Positions 1-13,100 of a stretch of DNA of 64,000 nt are shown here, one piece after another. The DNA is from Catajapyx aquilonaris (lineage: Eukaryota): contig KZ538172.1 of the NCBI GenBank assembly GCA_000934665.2, positions 1 to 64,000 of the forward strand. Reading direction: 5' to 3'. The first letter of the stretch is position 1; every line of letters begins with the position of its first letter. The notes below the pieces were generated by a model. The model searched no databases. It saw only the letters and a program-made list of their open reading frames with translations, and was not told the DNA's origin. The position numbers were made by a program, and so were the translations under genes.

Positions 1-68
1 CCCAAGTGTTAGTAGGTGTTGACAAAAAGCCTTCGCGAGGAAATTTCCTTTATTTACCGTATGTATAA

Positions 69-384
69 CTAGCTGCGGCACCCGGCGTTGCCCGTGAAGA
101 AATGAATGAAGGGAAAACACCTGCCAGTGGCCCCGTCAACTGTCTGTCTTTGAGTGTGTCCGCCCACCAATGCCATCTCCTGCTACACCAACACCTTTAA
201 CCTCTCCCGCCTGTATAACGGCAACCGTCACGTCATTTGCCTGCCATCTGTATTCAAAACCCCCAACACCTCCATCCTGTTCCGGCCTGGGGGTGGAGCA
301 CAGATGGCAGGCAAATGACGGTTGGCAGGCGGACAGACGGACAGAGACGACAGACAGACTCACAAACTGCTTTATTTATATAGA
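69..384 (-). mobile_element. Non-autonomous Helitron
   Basis: Minus strand begins TC(TATATA) and ends CTAG, with subterminal hairpin CACGGGCAACGCCGGGTG; inserted between A and T; GACA-type microsatellite near the 5' end. Confidence 0.8.
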
Positions 385-622
385 TTATATACCATATACT
401 CTGCAACATAAGTTGGTGGAACTGCAACAGGGAAGACAATAAATAGCACAACTGTGATTTTTTGACAAGTTATTCTCACTGGGAGTCAAATGGGAAATGC
501 AGGACTTCATCATAAGAGGAACGGTAACGTAGTGCAACCTTTACTTTTATTAATACATAAAAATCACTGTACAGTACAAAAGTCAATGCCACTTTCAAGA
601 CACAGCAAAGAGAGCACATGTT

Positions 623-1477
623 AGGTCCCAATCGCAGCAAATCAGCAGCGAAAACGAAAACCGCGACACCCAATACCGCGTCACTAAAACCGCGACGCTA
701 ACCAATGTAGCGACAACTATTACCGTCAAAAGCCCTGACACCACAATGAGCGAAAACAAATAGCGCGAAACCAACCCGGCGACGTTGAAAGGACACCCGC
801 GACATCCAAAAACCCTGAATCCAAAGTCACGACAGGTATTGGTAGTACAGTTGCGCTTTGCGACCGTACATACCGGTACAATATATAGATCCAAATGACA
901 TGGACAGTACACCCACACACATTAGACTGAACCGCTAATAAACTACACATTTAAAAAATGGAGCTTTCTCCATTCTATACAATATTTGATGTGGAAGGTT
1001 ACAGATGCATGGTTCAACAATTACTTCAGTTCTGCATATGCTCACCTCCATCGTTCTTTTCCTCAGTGCCATGACATGAACCGAGACAACATGGTCGCAT
1101 GACTTGATTGTTATCCTGCATTTTGGTTTAGGCGACATGGAACATGTGTGGAGTTATGCCTTCTTATCCATTGACCTCATTACATTCATTCGCACTACAG
1201 GAGACTGTATTTAAATTCGACAGAAGCTACTACACCGAAGATTAATGTGTCACTACCATGGGCATCGATCTCCTGGAGGCATGTAGAAGTCGCGGATTTG
1301 GAGTCGCTAGTGTAGGTGTCGCGGATTTGGAGTCGCTGGTGTAGGTATCGCGGATTTGGAACCGCTACTTGTAGGTGTCGTAGAAGCTCTTGCGCGGTGT
1401 ATATTAGTCATTGTCGCCTTTTTAGGTGTCGCAATTTTGAAGGCACGAAATTGGGTTCGCGGTAATCATATGGAACC
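623..1477. mobile_element. Degenerate foldback-type element with sub-repeat arms
   Basis: Left arm has repeated CCGCGACA-like units (about 640-835); right arm has the complementary TGTCGCGG-like units (about 1282-1465); termini approximate, no TSD seen. Confidence 0.5.
1282..1380 (+). repeat. 29-bp tandem repeat, about 3.4 copies
   Basis: Unit TGTAGGTGTCGCGGATTTGGAGTCGCTRG. Confidence 0.9.
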
Positions 1478-4045
1478 GCCTCAGACTATTCCCGTTCCTA
1501 AAAAACTTTCCGAGTATTTTAGTCGCGCAGTCTTTTATTTCTTTCTTAAAGCCAGGCCAGTCTGAATCGCGATGGAAATGAGCTAGTTGCTGTGTCTGAA
1601 GTGGAGTGGACAAAAGATATACACAAAATGTCAAATACTGCAGCCAAAGTTACACGACACCAACACTGAACGATCATTACTAAGAGGGGTAAAATTTCTT
1701 TCTTTTTTTTCATTGAACACATGTCTTTCTCGACAGACTGATGAGTAAATAAATGACATGATTTGGATATATCTCGACAGGAAGTCTCTCATATCAGTCG
1801 GTCTAAAATGGCCGGCAGAGAACTTCTATCTTCCATAATTCATGTTGCCGTTTTCATCATGATCTCTTTTTTTTGAGGGGGGAGGAGACAAAGTGGACCC
1901 ATGATCACAGAATGAAACGAGTACAAATCGCTATCCAACTACCGTCAGAGTAAAATGTGACCTACGCTAAAGAAAAAACAGGTTTCTGAATATAAAAGAA
2001 GTGGAAAGAGTAGTGTTAGCAAATGTGGCTATGTTTGTGTGCAAACGTTGCCTGAGTTTGACCGCGAGTGCCTTTATCAGGAGACTCCTTTAGGCCGCAC
2101 CATATTAGTCTCAGCTGCTCTTTTTTTTTGGGGGGGGGGGGGTATTTTGCGATCCTACGTTTTTTTTGTACAAAGAATCACCGTGTAAGAAGGTTATAAA
2201 AACCATTTACAAATCCTTCTAAAATATCAAAGAGCATGTTGAAAAATTGTTTTTTTTTTCTCCTTTGTACTAATGTTCAGAGGAGCTAAAATTGGGGGGG
2301 TTTGGTTTTTTTGCTCGAGTACATCGGCACAAAATCTCGTTACACGTGGAACTAAAAAGCTGTGTAAATGTTTCATTAGTGTGCTGCGAATACAAATGGA
2401 CCGAAAAAATTGTTCCCTTACGTGCGATGTCATTTCAATGTCAATGCGAATTGAAATCACCTGGACTCGGGTCCCATAGTGATCATCAAAGGCTTAAGAA
2501 AAAAATAATTTTCCTCGGCTTTCGGCTCATTTGGTGACCTCGTGTACGTTACTCGCAATCGTGTGTTCATCAAAATGTCATTTATCATTCGAGACTGGGT
2601 TAATTGAACATCTTCCACCTGACGATACAGTAGGCGATTGTTATTATAATAAACTGTGGGCTGGAATCTCGACATCAATCTATGGAGACATTGAGGGGAT
2701 GAAGAGGGTAGGGGAGGGGTATGGATGCTAAACATGATGAGACTTTACACTCCTACAATATTAGTTGAGAACTATGCCTTTATCTCGCCCCTATTTGCAA
2801 GTCGCCTGCACTAGAATTGGTTTTCATCATATATTTTTTTTAAAGCGACAGCAGTGAGCAGACTCTTTCTCATTTTTTGATGAGCCATCTCAGGAGACGA
2901 GAGGCAAAGTGCGCTACATGACGAACCTTTGGGAGGGGGGGATAATAGGCGTGTCTATTAGGAATTCGCAGGGTCCAAGAGAACAAAAATGAGAAATTTT
3001 TCATTGAGTATTTTAACTTGCTGCAACTACGCTTTGCGTTATGCTATCTGCAGAATCTTTTCCTGTACAGTCATATATGGTTGGATTATCTAAGACTTCA
3101 AACGGAATAAATAAACACACAAATTAATACTTTGTTGCATACTTCCAGAAGAATTTAGACTATAAAGAGGGATATTATTGAGCAACAAAAGGTACATCAG
3201 ATCTGAGGTATGTTGAACCTCTTACTCGCTCGTACTCTGCTGAAGAGCCAAAGTACAACACTAAAACTTCAATTTGCATAATAACATGGTCCTCTAGTAA
3301 ATTGGCACAAACACACTGTTGCTTTTTTGGGGGTGAGGGCAAAGGGGATTAGTGTTATGCACTGCACTCCGCTCTAGCATTTTCTCATAATGTGGCAAGT
3401 GTCCTTTTTTTCGTGACCAGATAAGCAAATTGAAGTGACTGACAGACAAGACCATACGAGACGACAAACATACACAATCATGCCAACGGCATGGGCATGT
3501 GCACTGTACACACATTCATCGAAGAGGGGAGGGGACATTAATATTCAAAGCTCATTGCGAAGCTTTTTTTTTGTCCTCGTTTTTTTCTATCTTCTTGAGA
3601 CTACAGGAGAGAAGGGCAGGCCCTACACGACATACACTAGTTGTCTCAAATGTCCTGTGATTTCATTGTTTTAAAAGATCCTTCCAGTGGTCAAATTGCA
3701 TGAGCGACTCTAGGAAGCATTGCAACTCATTCAAAAGAGGGTAAGCAAGGTAAAATCCTTGAACCTGAAAAAGTGCGACTAAAAAGCCCAGTCCTGTCGT
3801 GCCCACACTGCGCCCATGACATGACGCGTACTCATTCGGTATAAGCACTTGCGTTGTGTGCCACCGAGAGTAGATGCTTGCTCTTATTTTATGCAGGTGA
3901 GAGATCAGGGCATGCAAGTGCTCGATCGTAGTAGTAGTTACTTTGCGATGTTTTTTAGAGGGGGGGCTTTGGGAAGGAAGAGGGGAGGGGGTAGAGGAGG
4001 GGGTCTCGGTATCATGATCAGCTTCTTCTTCCGTCGGACATCCAC

Positions 4046-4180
4046 TCATTCGATACGAGCCTTGTAGCTGTTCTTCCAGATCTCGGCGAAGGTGACGGAG
4101 GAGTGGAATCGATGGAAAATGCATAGAGGCAGGGTCAGTCGTTGAACTAGAGCCCAGGCCATGAAGCCGTAGAAGTCCAG
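4046..4180 (-). CDS. OtopLa: OtopLa-like last coding exon (LDFYGFMAW...IFHRFHS...YKARIE*)
   Basis: Acceptor TTTCAG at 4181-4182; 45 codons ending in TGA at 4048-4046. Confidence 0.95.
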   Translation of the reverse strand: MDFYGFMAWALVQRLTLPLCIFHRFHSSVTFAEIWKNSYKARIE

Positions 4181-7100
4181 CTGAAAGGCGATATTGTTAA
4201 TGGTGGTCTGTTGTCATTTTTCCTGAAAATGGTCATCAACTCACCTGCACAGGGTTAGCCTCAACCTTCTGCATTTCAAAGGTGTAGATGATCCACATGG
4301 TCAGGTTGCAAATGAGCAGGAAGGTGACCACCTGTCTTCCGGGCTTGGTACGATCATGTTCTGGCAAGTGCACGCGCCTTCGGGACACATCAGCAATGAA
4401 GAGCATTTGTATCACCACCTAGATAGAAATCACTATTAAACCTCCTGAACAAAAATATCTGTTTGAGATTAGATAATTAAAATGGTGTCATACTTGGACG
4501 ACGCTGAGAATGCCAGTGACCATGACCAGCAGATTTGGCTCATGGGTGAAAGCGGCCAAGGTTCCTGCGATCACACTGAACACGGCGTACACGAAGAGGC
4601 CAAATGCAGAGATACGCAGGAGGAGGTCGCCCAGAGGGTTGCGGTGCTCTGAATGGAACTTGAGGGACTGAATCCGGAAAAATCCTATGATCATGGCCAG
4701 GAGGCTGAGGAACATGACCACGCAGTGGGACACGTCAGCTAGGTAGATGGCGAGCAAGCTCAGCTCCTTGTGAGTCACCAGCACGAAGAAGAGGATCAGG
4801 CAGATCAAGGATGCAACCAGGAGGAGGAGACCGAAGAAGAGGCCCTTGCTGGCACCGATACAGTCAACTCGGGTGGCTGGGCGCCTGAACAGTCCATGTT
4901 CGTCATCGTCGATGTACCTGCGTAAAAAAATCGTGACGGAATTTTAAGTACAACAGTAGTAGACAATGTAGCAAGTAGAAGCTGTATCATCCATGGTTCT
5001 CAGACATGTACTGTACAGTACAGTACCTGGGGTTGCGTCCGATGTGAGCCCAGATGACGTACACCACAGCAGCTCCAATCAGGCTGTACTCAATGATGAA
5101 TGGGTACAGGTAGGGTGCTGAATCAGTCACAATGGTGCCCATGATGTTGACCCTCCCGCAGGTGTAGTTGGTGACCAAGTCCCAGGTGGAAGGGTTAATA
5201 GGCGACATGCTGCTGTTCTGTACAAAGCTGGGTGCTAAGGTTGGCAGGATAGGAGCTGCAAATTCAACATTTCAGAAATGAGTATTTGAAGTCTGATTGC
5301 TGTACTTGAGCTGTAATTTAAAAGTAACAGTCAGTTGTACCCATTGATACGGTACACGCACATGCCTCTTCTATTGGTTCGTTATCGTTACCGTCGCAAG
5401 TTTCCGGGCAGTTTTTGGGGGGCAGGGGATTGGGATGCGCTGGGTTTTATCTACCATTTATAATCCGCCAAAAACCCGTTAGGTAACTGCATTCCAACAC
5501 CCTATCTACAGCAGCTCATTAATGAAGCGAATATTTGTGACCACAAACCTTCTCTCTTTGAGGGAAAACCCGGTCTGTCAGAGTAGTCGTCTTCTGCTGT
5601 TGGGAGGATAAACATTAGTGCAGCATTAATCAAGAGTTGAGCGTGAGAATCGTGACGCAACACTGCAGGGGGTTATTGCTATTAGGAGAGGTCATCACGA
5701 CACCGTTATAACACTGATCGACGGGGTTATTCATGCCGACAGGCAAATCGCTCGTAAACGATGAGGAGTGAGTAGAATCAGGACATGCGTGGCTACTTTT
5801 CCCATGGCAGCAACTACCATACTTGTACTGATGCATTTCTGAATGTCGGTCCAATGTCCATGCGTTTTTAATTGACACAGGGGTAGGAGTTGACGTGGTT
5901 GCTTGGTCATACACATTCATTTTATAGGAGAAATTATTGTAACATACAGCGATAAATACGACAAGACTGATCCATAGCATGGAAATGACATGATTAGACA
6001 TATCCTGACAACCTGGCTTGTGATGTTCCTCTTTTCAATTTATGCTGTAAGTACTACAGCACACTCAAGTGACGGGGTGGTCAGAAAGAAGAGCAATATT
6101 TTGACAATCTTTGTATGTCCGTCTAGGATTTAAATGTACTCTATTCACTGTCGGATTTTAGGCAGTATCACTGATGAATACACTACTAGTCAGTGCAGTC
6201 CAGTGATGTGGTACTGACTAGCTGCACCCATTATGAAGAGTGTACGTCGGCTACTAATGCCCTGCAGAATTTTGCGTCTCACCAAGAGCTTGGTCTCACT
6301 AGTCTTATTTTGTTCTCTAGCACCCATCTCACCTACTCCATATTGACCAGTGCTGTGGTTTTCCAGCATTTGTGCTCATAATTGATTGGCTCTTTCATAT
6401 TTCAAGGGAAGATAACTCTTCTGTACGAGTATATAATTCAAGAGAAATTTAATTCAAAAATGTTTCAGGAAGGTAATATTATAATCCTTGAAAAAGAGTG
6501 CGAGGCCAGGTCGCGCGATCGAAGTAGGCCCTCTACGCCAGTAATGGCTGTTGAAAGAAAAAAAAAGGGCGTAGTCACTCCTCAAAAAAGTGCAGCCTAC
6601 ATCGGCTCTCTTGAATTGCGGCGCGGCTCTCCGCGGCCCTCCGCGGCTCTCTCCGACAATCCTTGGCTCTCCCCGCTCTCTGCGGCATCGGTGAGCCAGT
6701 AAGACCGGGTGAGCCGGTGTGTACTCACTGATGAGCATGTTGGTGAGCCGGGAGAGCCGAGGAGAGTCGCGGAGGGCCGGGATGGGCCGAGGAGGCCGCC
6801 AAAGGCAAACTACGTCATATGATGAGGAGTGATGAGAAACAAAGGCGCATTTTGCCCTGCTCTCCGCGGCTTACCAGTGAGGGTGTATACACCGGCTCTC
6901 CGAAGTGACTACCCCCTTGCAAAAGGCAATGAAAACGAATCTATTTACGTAAGAAATGAACCTAGGGCATTAAGCACAGTTTTCTGACCAACCATTGTTT
7001 TTTTAGGTCCGTAATACAACATCCTGTGTTGTGCTGTATATGTCGTTAGTTTCGCGAGCCCAGGAATAAATAGGCAGGATATGTCAACCAAGCTTATAAT

Positions 7101-10100
7101 AACGCAAGTAAAATAAGGTAAAAGAGACATATGTATACTCTATGTAGGAGGCAGGGGTTGGAGTTAGGCCTAATACGTCTTCAGTGCATACTGTCCACTT
7201 GACTGCCGGCAGCATCTTTACAAATCCATATCGGGAGAGGTATCAGGCCTGACTTCATATACAACATGGCGGGGAGCATAACATGTGACAATGAAGCTTT
7301 CATTTGACCCATTCACACTACATTAAAAGGGGGAAGAAACGTGCAAAAGCCCGGGTTATGGAAGGAGTAGCAAAGGATGTAGTCGCGACTGCCGCACCCA
7401 CCACGATCGGACCAGTTGAACATTGGGCCCATGAAATCCTCGTCCATGAAAAGGAAGCCCAGGGGGGTGGTGGGAGAAGTAGTGGAAGACGTTGGACCAG
7501 TGGTTGTGGTGGTAGGAGGAGGAGGAGTGGTTGTGGTGGTGGTGGTTGTGGTGGTGGTGGTGCTGGTGGAAGTGCTGGTGGTGGTAGTGGGTGCAGTGCT
7601 GACGATGCCAGTGGTGGTCGTCGAGGTAACCATGGCCGGTGGGGTGGTGGCGCCCAAGACGCTGGCAGCCGTGGTGCTAGTGCTGCTGGGGTTCCTCCAG
7701 CCGTTCTCAGCGCCTCTCCGCATCGAAAGGAGCCGCAAACCCTCTTCAGTGTAAATAATAGTACAAGGGATCATGTGCAGGGGTGACAGTTTTAGCAGAC
7801 ATGTAGGAAAGAAAGTAAGTGTGCAGTGCTTAGCAGATTAGGAAGAAATCTTTTGTAGCGCCATAGCTGAGATTCATACATCTTGATTGAGTCACGTCAC
7901 ATTCATGTCACCGGTACTCAAATTACTATTGTTCGTGAAGGAGTACATGACTGTATAGTACGATGTCACGGAAAACTTGGGAACACCTTTCGGTCGGCAA
8001 TATATCTTTTTATGTGGGGTTACTTGGAAAATTGACTGCCTCCTGGAGATGCTCTCTCAGGGACTCGTACACTTCCATTAGAGGTATTATGCCATTTTGC
8101 GTGTGGAACGACCATATTGTTGACAGCATTTTTCTTCTCCAGAGGGCTAGAAGTCATTCTGAAGTACATGGCAACATGTACGCAATTTGGGACGGATGAT
8201 GTACAGTGCAAGGAGGGCTACGACGCGCATTTGAAAAAATAATAATAGGAAAAGTCGCTTCCTACTCAGAAGGAGACACGTACCCAATATCATGAAGTCC
8301 TCCGAGACACCTTCTCCATGACGCAACCTGTAGTCTGTGATCTCCTTGAGACTCTCGCGAACCAGGGTTCGTATCCATACACAAATGTTGGTTGCCACCA
8401 CGTGCATCAGGCCAAAGCGGGCAATCACTTTAAACTTGTGGATGTTGAGCTGCAAGGCAATGAATATGTTGTTTTAACACTGTTGTCTTCTTGATAATCG
8501 CAAAAGCCAGAAGGGCGTGGTCAGGCTCAGATAGAGAAGCACTCACCCTGGAGTTCATAAAGATGAAATACATCTGCATGAAGGTGAATACCATTTGCAG
8601 AAGTGGATTGACGCCCCTCAGGATTTGGTAGCATGGGGAGTCGAATGGAATTTCAAAAAAGGCGCCAAACTCCAGTCCGTTGTAGATCATGGTCCCCAAA
8701 CCAAAGGCTGCAAGTGATGGGTCCCGGTGAGCAACACATGCGGGGACGGCATCCATGCCGATGCACAAAAAAATATCAACTACTGCAGGCCAGCTTCTTC
8801 GAAGATGCACAAAAGAGAGCCTGCTGAGGCTGGGCTTGTCAAACAGGACCCGTAGCCCACAGACAAAGAGAGCTGCAGGTCATAGGGTCCAAGGCTACTT
8901 TTTTGGCTCGGTTCAAATAATAGTGCACCTAGTGCAGTACTTGTTCTGTTGGGGCATACGGGACCCTCCCCTTTTCATTGACCTGCTGCACACCTGCATT
9001 CAAAACACACGTAGCTTCCATCTCCCCAACAATTGATGCAATCATCCCAGCCTCTGTCTGGCACATGCAGCAAATCAAGTTGTGGATCATATCACGCTAC
9101 CAAACGGGAAATTCTTTATCTGGATGGTGCGTACCAAATGCCAATCAACCCGTACCTCTTGATTGACCACCCACTGAATATTTGATTGAACATTGATCAT
9201 CCATTACTTACAAGAGTACCTGAATACAATGTGTTCAGGAGACACGAAGGTGGTCAGTCAAAGGGTTGGGTATGGTGCTACCAAAGCAGTATGGAAGAAA
9301 TTTGTGGATTGAAAGCATCGCATAAGCCATATGGACCTATAGTTTTAGTGGGTAATTGCCAAGCGATCTACCTTTGGCAGCAAAGTGTGATATTATTCCC
9401 TATTCGGCAAACCTTTATTGCTATACGTAATTGTACAAGACATACAAACATGAGCTGTTCAGTGTCACATGCAAATTTGACATTTGACTAACATGGGGTG
9501 TGTCTACTTTGTATCTCAAGTTTTATTTCTTGTTTTGTATGTGATGAGAAATAGTGCTGTGAGGAAAATATGAAAAACTACTTGACATGAACAGGTACGT
9601 GTAATGTATAATAGACTCTACAGAAGATTTATTCACAAACACAAAAGATGTAGGCAAAGAACTGTTGTTCTATCATTGAGTGTCGCAATGTCAGCTGTTA
9701 AGTTTCACAGGAAGTGGAAAATTCACATTGTACTTTTTAAAATATCTAAAAGAAATGTTTACCTGTGGCTGCAACCTCTGGTCCAAATTCGCAAAAGGCA
9801 AGAACAGCATTATACGAGATTTTGGAATTAGTCAGTAACAATGACAAAAATAGCTCACTACTCTTCTAACACACGATTAGGTGTCATGGAAGCTTTGGCA
9901 AAGGTGAAGAGTGTGCGACAGGATAGAGTGATTTACGCTGTTTTCATCATGCATAAACTACGTCACGATATGAACACGACGCATGAAACAGTTGCTTTGT
10001 GTTGGAATCACAGGTCAGTTAGTGACCACGAAGAATTCCGTCCGACACAAAGCCCTGTCTCTTATTCCACAATCTTGATGTTGAATTTATCTAACTCCAT

Positions 10101-13100
10101 CAAATTGATTTTATTCACCTGTACAGTCCTCCACGCAAGTAAGCGGACGCTATTTGTTGCAATATTCTCTCAGGGTCATTTTCTCTTGACAAATCGTTCC
10201 ATACATTGAATTCCAAATTTTGTCATATGGCGTCATTCAAATTCGTACTACTAAATTCAACAGTGACCACGCGCACGAGTCATTAATTGTGACTCTAGAC
10301 TTAGTAAATGAGCCAGGAATTGTATATACTTATGGATCATTTCACAATTTGGTGTTTATAAAGGTTAAATATTTCGAAAATTTGCACTAGAATCAAACCT
10401 ATATGTTTGTGCAATGACCCAGGACAAAACGACCGCTTCCTTGCGACACACATGACCCATGTCATCTGAGACGACCGACAATGAAACAAATAAGGGTATT
10501 CTTATTCAGTGATGGTATACTGGCATTACAAGTGCCAACTTGTGAGTAAGGAATCTCTCGCCATGAAAATATGTAAATCCGGTGACTCGCGTGGAGAAGT
10601 GCGGGTGATGCTCGCTTCCATCGTTACTCACCGATGGCTCCGATGCGAAGAAAGAAGCTGCCATGGCTGAATTCATTCTCACTGGTTTTGCTCTTCTTTG
10701 GCTTATGATCACTGGCATTCAATTTGTCCTGTGTAGGACTGCCCCCGTCATTCAGGTTCACATCCTTGCCGTTCTTGCGGATGTTTCGCAGCATGCTCTG
10801 CTAAAATGGAAATAATCCACGCATATTTCCTTTTGGACTCTTTTTAGCTCACTATTGGTCAACTGCTATTCGCATCTGAGCAACTGACCGCTGTTATTTG
10901 AATCATTGCATTAAATTTTTTTCTTGTGTCTTAATGTTAGTAAACTGACTACATATTTACAAGATAAGTGCAAAATCTATAGTCTAACACCAATTCATAG
11001 GCATAGCATAGCTGGTTCAGAACTTTGCTCAATGTATATCAAGCATAATATCAATTAAATTTATAATGTAGGTCTACTTCATACTGGTAGACTTGCTTCA
11101 GCGACTACTGCAATTCTGTCACATGCTACATCAAGTGCGTGTGATGTAATGTGCGACAATTCAGCCAAAAATACGTACTTTGGACAATTATTGCAAGGTG
11201 ATCGCTAAACTCTTTTATCTGTATAATGAGGTTAAACTTTGAAAATTAATATTGCGAATCTAGGTCATGCAAACCTACCTCATTGAATTTTATATGAAAC
11301 GTTAGCCCTAATCATCGATTAATTTTAATGCACATGACACGTGCATAATCTGCATTAGCCATTGCCTCATTATCTGATGGGGGAGTTTAGCCTGAATCTC
11401 CCTGTATAATGTAGCAGTATTGCTGAAACATGCCTTCGGTAATTACAGGAATCGGTTGCAGAAAGCAGCGATGCGCAAATTAGTCACATTGTTCCCCGGG
11501 AAGTAAGGCGGGGATGTGGGGGAGTGTCAAACATTACGACCATGCTCCAAGTGTTATTGTTTTTGCGTTACATAAAATGCACTGGGACCTACTCAACAGA
11601 GAACAGGTGTTATACAACGTATGAGAATGTGAGGTACACTACTGCAACAAATGTAAGAGAGCTTGATAGGTGGTTAGATGGAAAGAGTGGGTTGTAACAT
11701 TGAACAGCAGGACTTAGTAATGGCCACGTTTGCGTCATCATCCAAGCTGCAATGTTCGTGAATTACATGTAATGAGACAAGATTCAAGTGCAAAATGACC
11801 TGAATCATAAATAATGCAGGCTGGAGCTATTCCCAGCCCATTACTTTACGGTACCCCCATACGAATGAGAATTATTATGATAATGCGGCGGAATTTCACG
11901 TGGCTGTAGGCTATGAAATTATAAGAAATTATCTTCGAAGCGACTACTGTGTACAGTGGTGCAGAGTGTGATATGCTGCTCAGTCATGTAATAAGTAGCT
12001 CGATTGAAAAGTTACAGCGTAGGCCCAATTTATCACAAATGCGACTACGAGCTTTTTTCACTGCCCTTATGTCACCTTCTCGTTTTTTAAAATTAATATG
12101 CAATTTAGAGCATTAGTTAAAATTATTAACAAACGTCATTCAGCTCACTGTTGAATCACTACTAGTACTACAAAAGTAATTACAATTTGAGGCGGTATTA
12201 TGATATCTGGTCACTAAATTCTGATGATCCAAGAAGATTACAACATAAGGACAGTGATGAAGGATTTTGATCGAATGAAGCATCATCGCTCCCTGGCTGC
12301 ATCCAACTCTGTGCACCCAATAAACCAGACTCACCTCTTCTTGCTCATCGTCAACTTGGCGTTCATACTCGCTCACATTGTACTGGCCGCTATGGTGGCC
12401 CTCCTAATGTAGTAAAAGCGGTAATAATAATCACGTGGGTGTGCAGAACAGGTGAACAACTCATTGCAAGTTGTCGTTCCGGTGGGAGCAGCCAAAACAA
12501 GATCCACGCCAATCAAACAACAAACACTCCACTCTCCCTTCAAACCCAGGAGCGTGGAAAGTGTAGTTTTTTAAAAAGGCCAGTTAGTAAGCCCCCAAAC
12601 CAATCCCCATGCAACATGCTACTTGTTTCTACTAAATCAGGAAACTACTAATTAAGCCTGACTTTCAGAATTCCGGTTTTTATCCATTGAATGGACTTGA
12701 TATGCATGCTGGTTCAGATGTGATTGGCGTCTCCTTCCTTTTTTTTACAATTTGTTCAAGAAGCGGATAACCCCCCCCCAGCTAGTTGAAAACCTGTACC
12801 TGGAATATGTTGGATTTGTTTGATTTTTGTGCCTTCTTCTTGCCCTTCCTGCTGGTCTCCTGCAGCAGGTAGCAGAAGACATACAGCAGAAACAAGATAC
12901 TCGCTCCATACAAATAAGTGAAGAAGCCCTGGAACGTCAAAGGATTCGTTTTAGTAAGAGTTGCTACACCTATAGGACTCTCCTTTTCAACTGGACATTA
13001 CGTATATCAGATTTCCTCAAGTCCGTTAGATCAAAGAATGATCTGACGTCACGTTCAGTTCCGCCTCCACCTGCATCCTCCTATCATATTCCCGAATCGC

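Noticed and set aside
1282..1380. Regular 29-bp repeats as a possible CRISPR array
   Set aside because: No unique spacers, no cas genes, eukaryotic context
3663..4124. 153-aa minus-strand ORF overlapping the OtopLa last exon and 3'UTR
   Set aside because: Alternative frame of the real exon running into UTR; no splice route into this frame and no recognisable domain
4090..4130. FHRFH instead of the usual FYR motif in TM12 of OtopLa
   Set aside because: As I recall, His here is normal for the OtopLa subfamily, so it is not evidence of inactivation
7304..7786. Plus-strand Gly-rich and Val-rich ORFs
   Set aside because: Antisense shadows of the poly-Thr repeat exon
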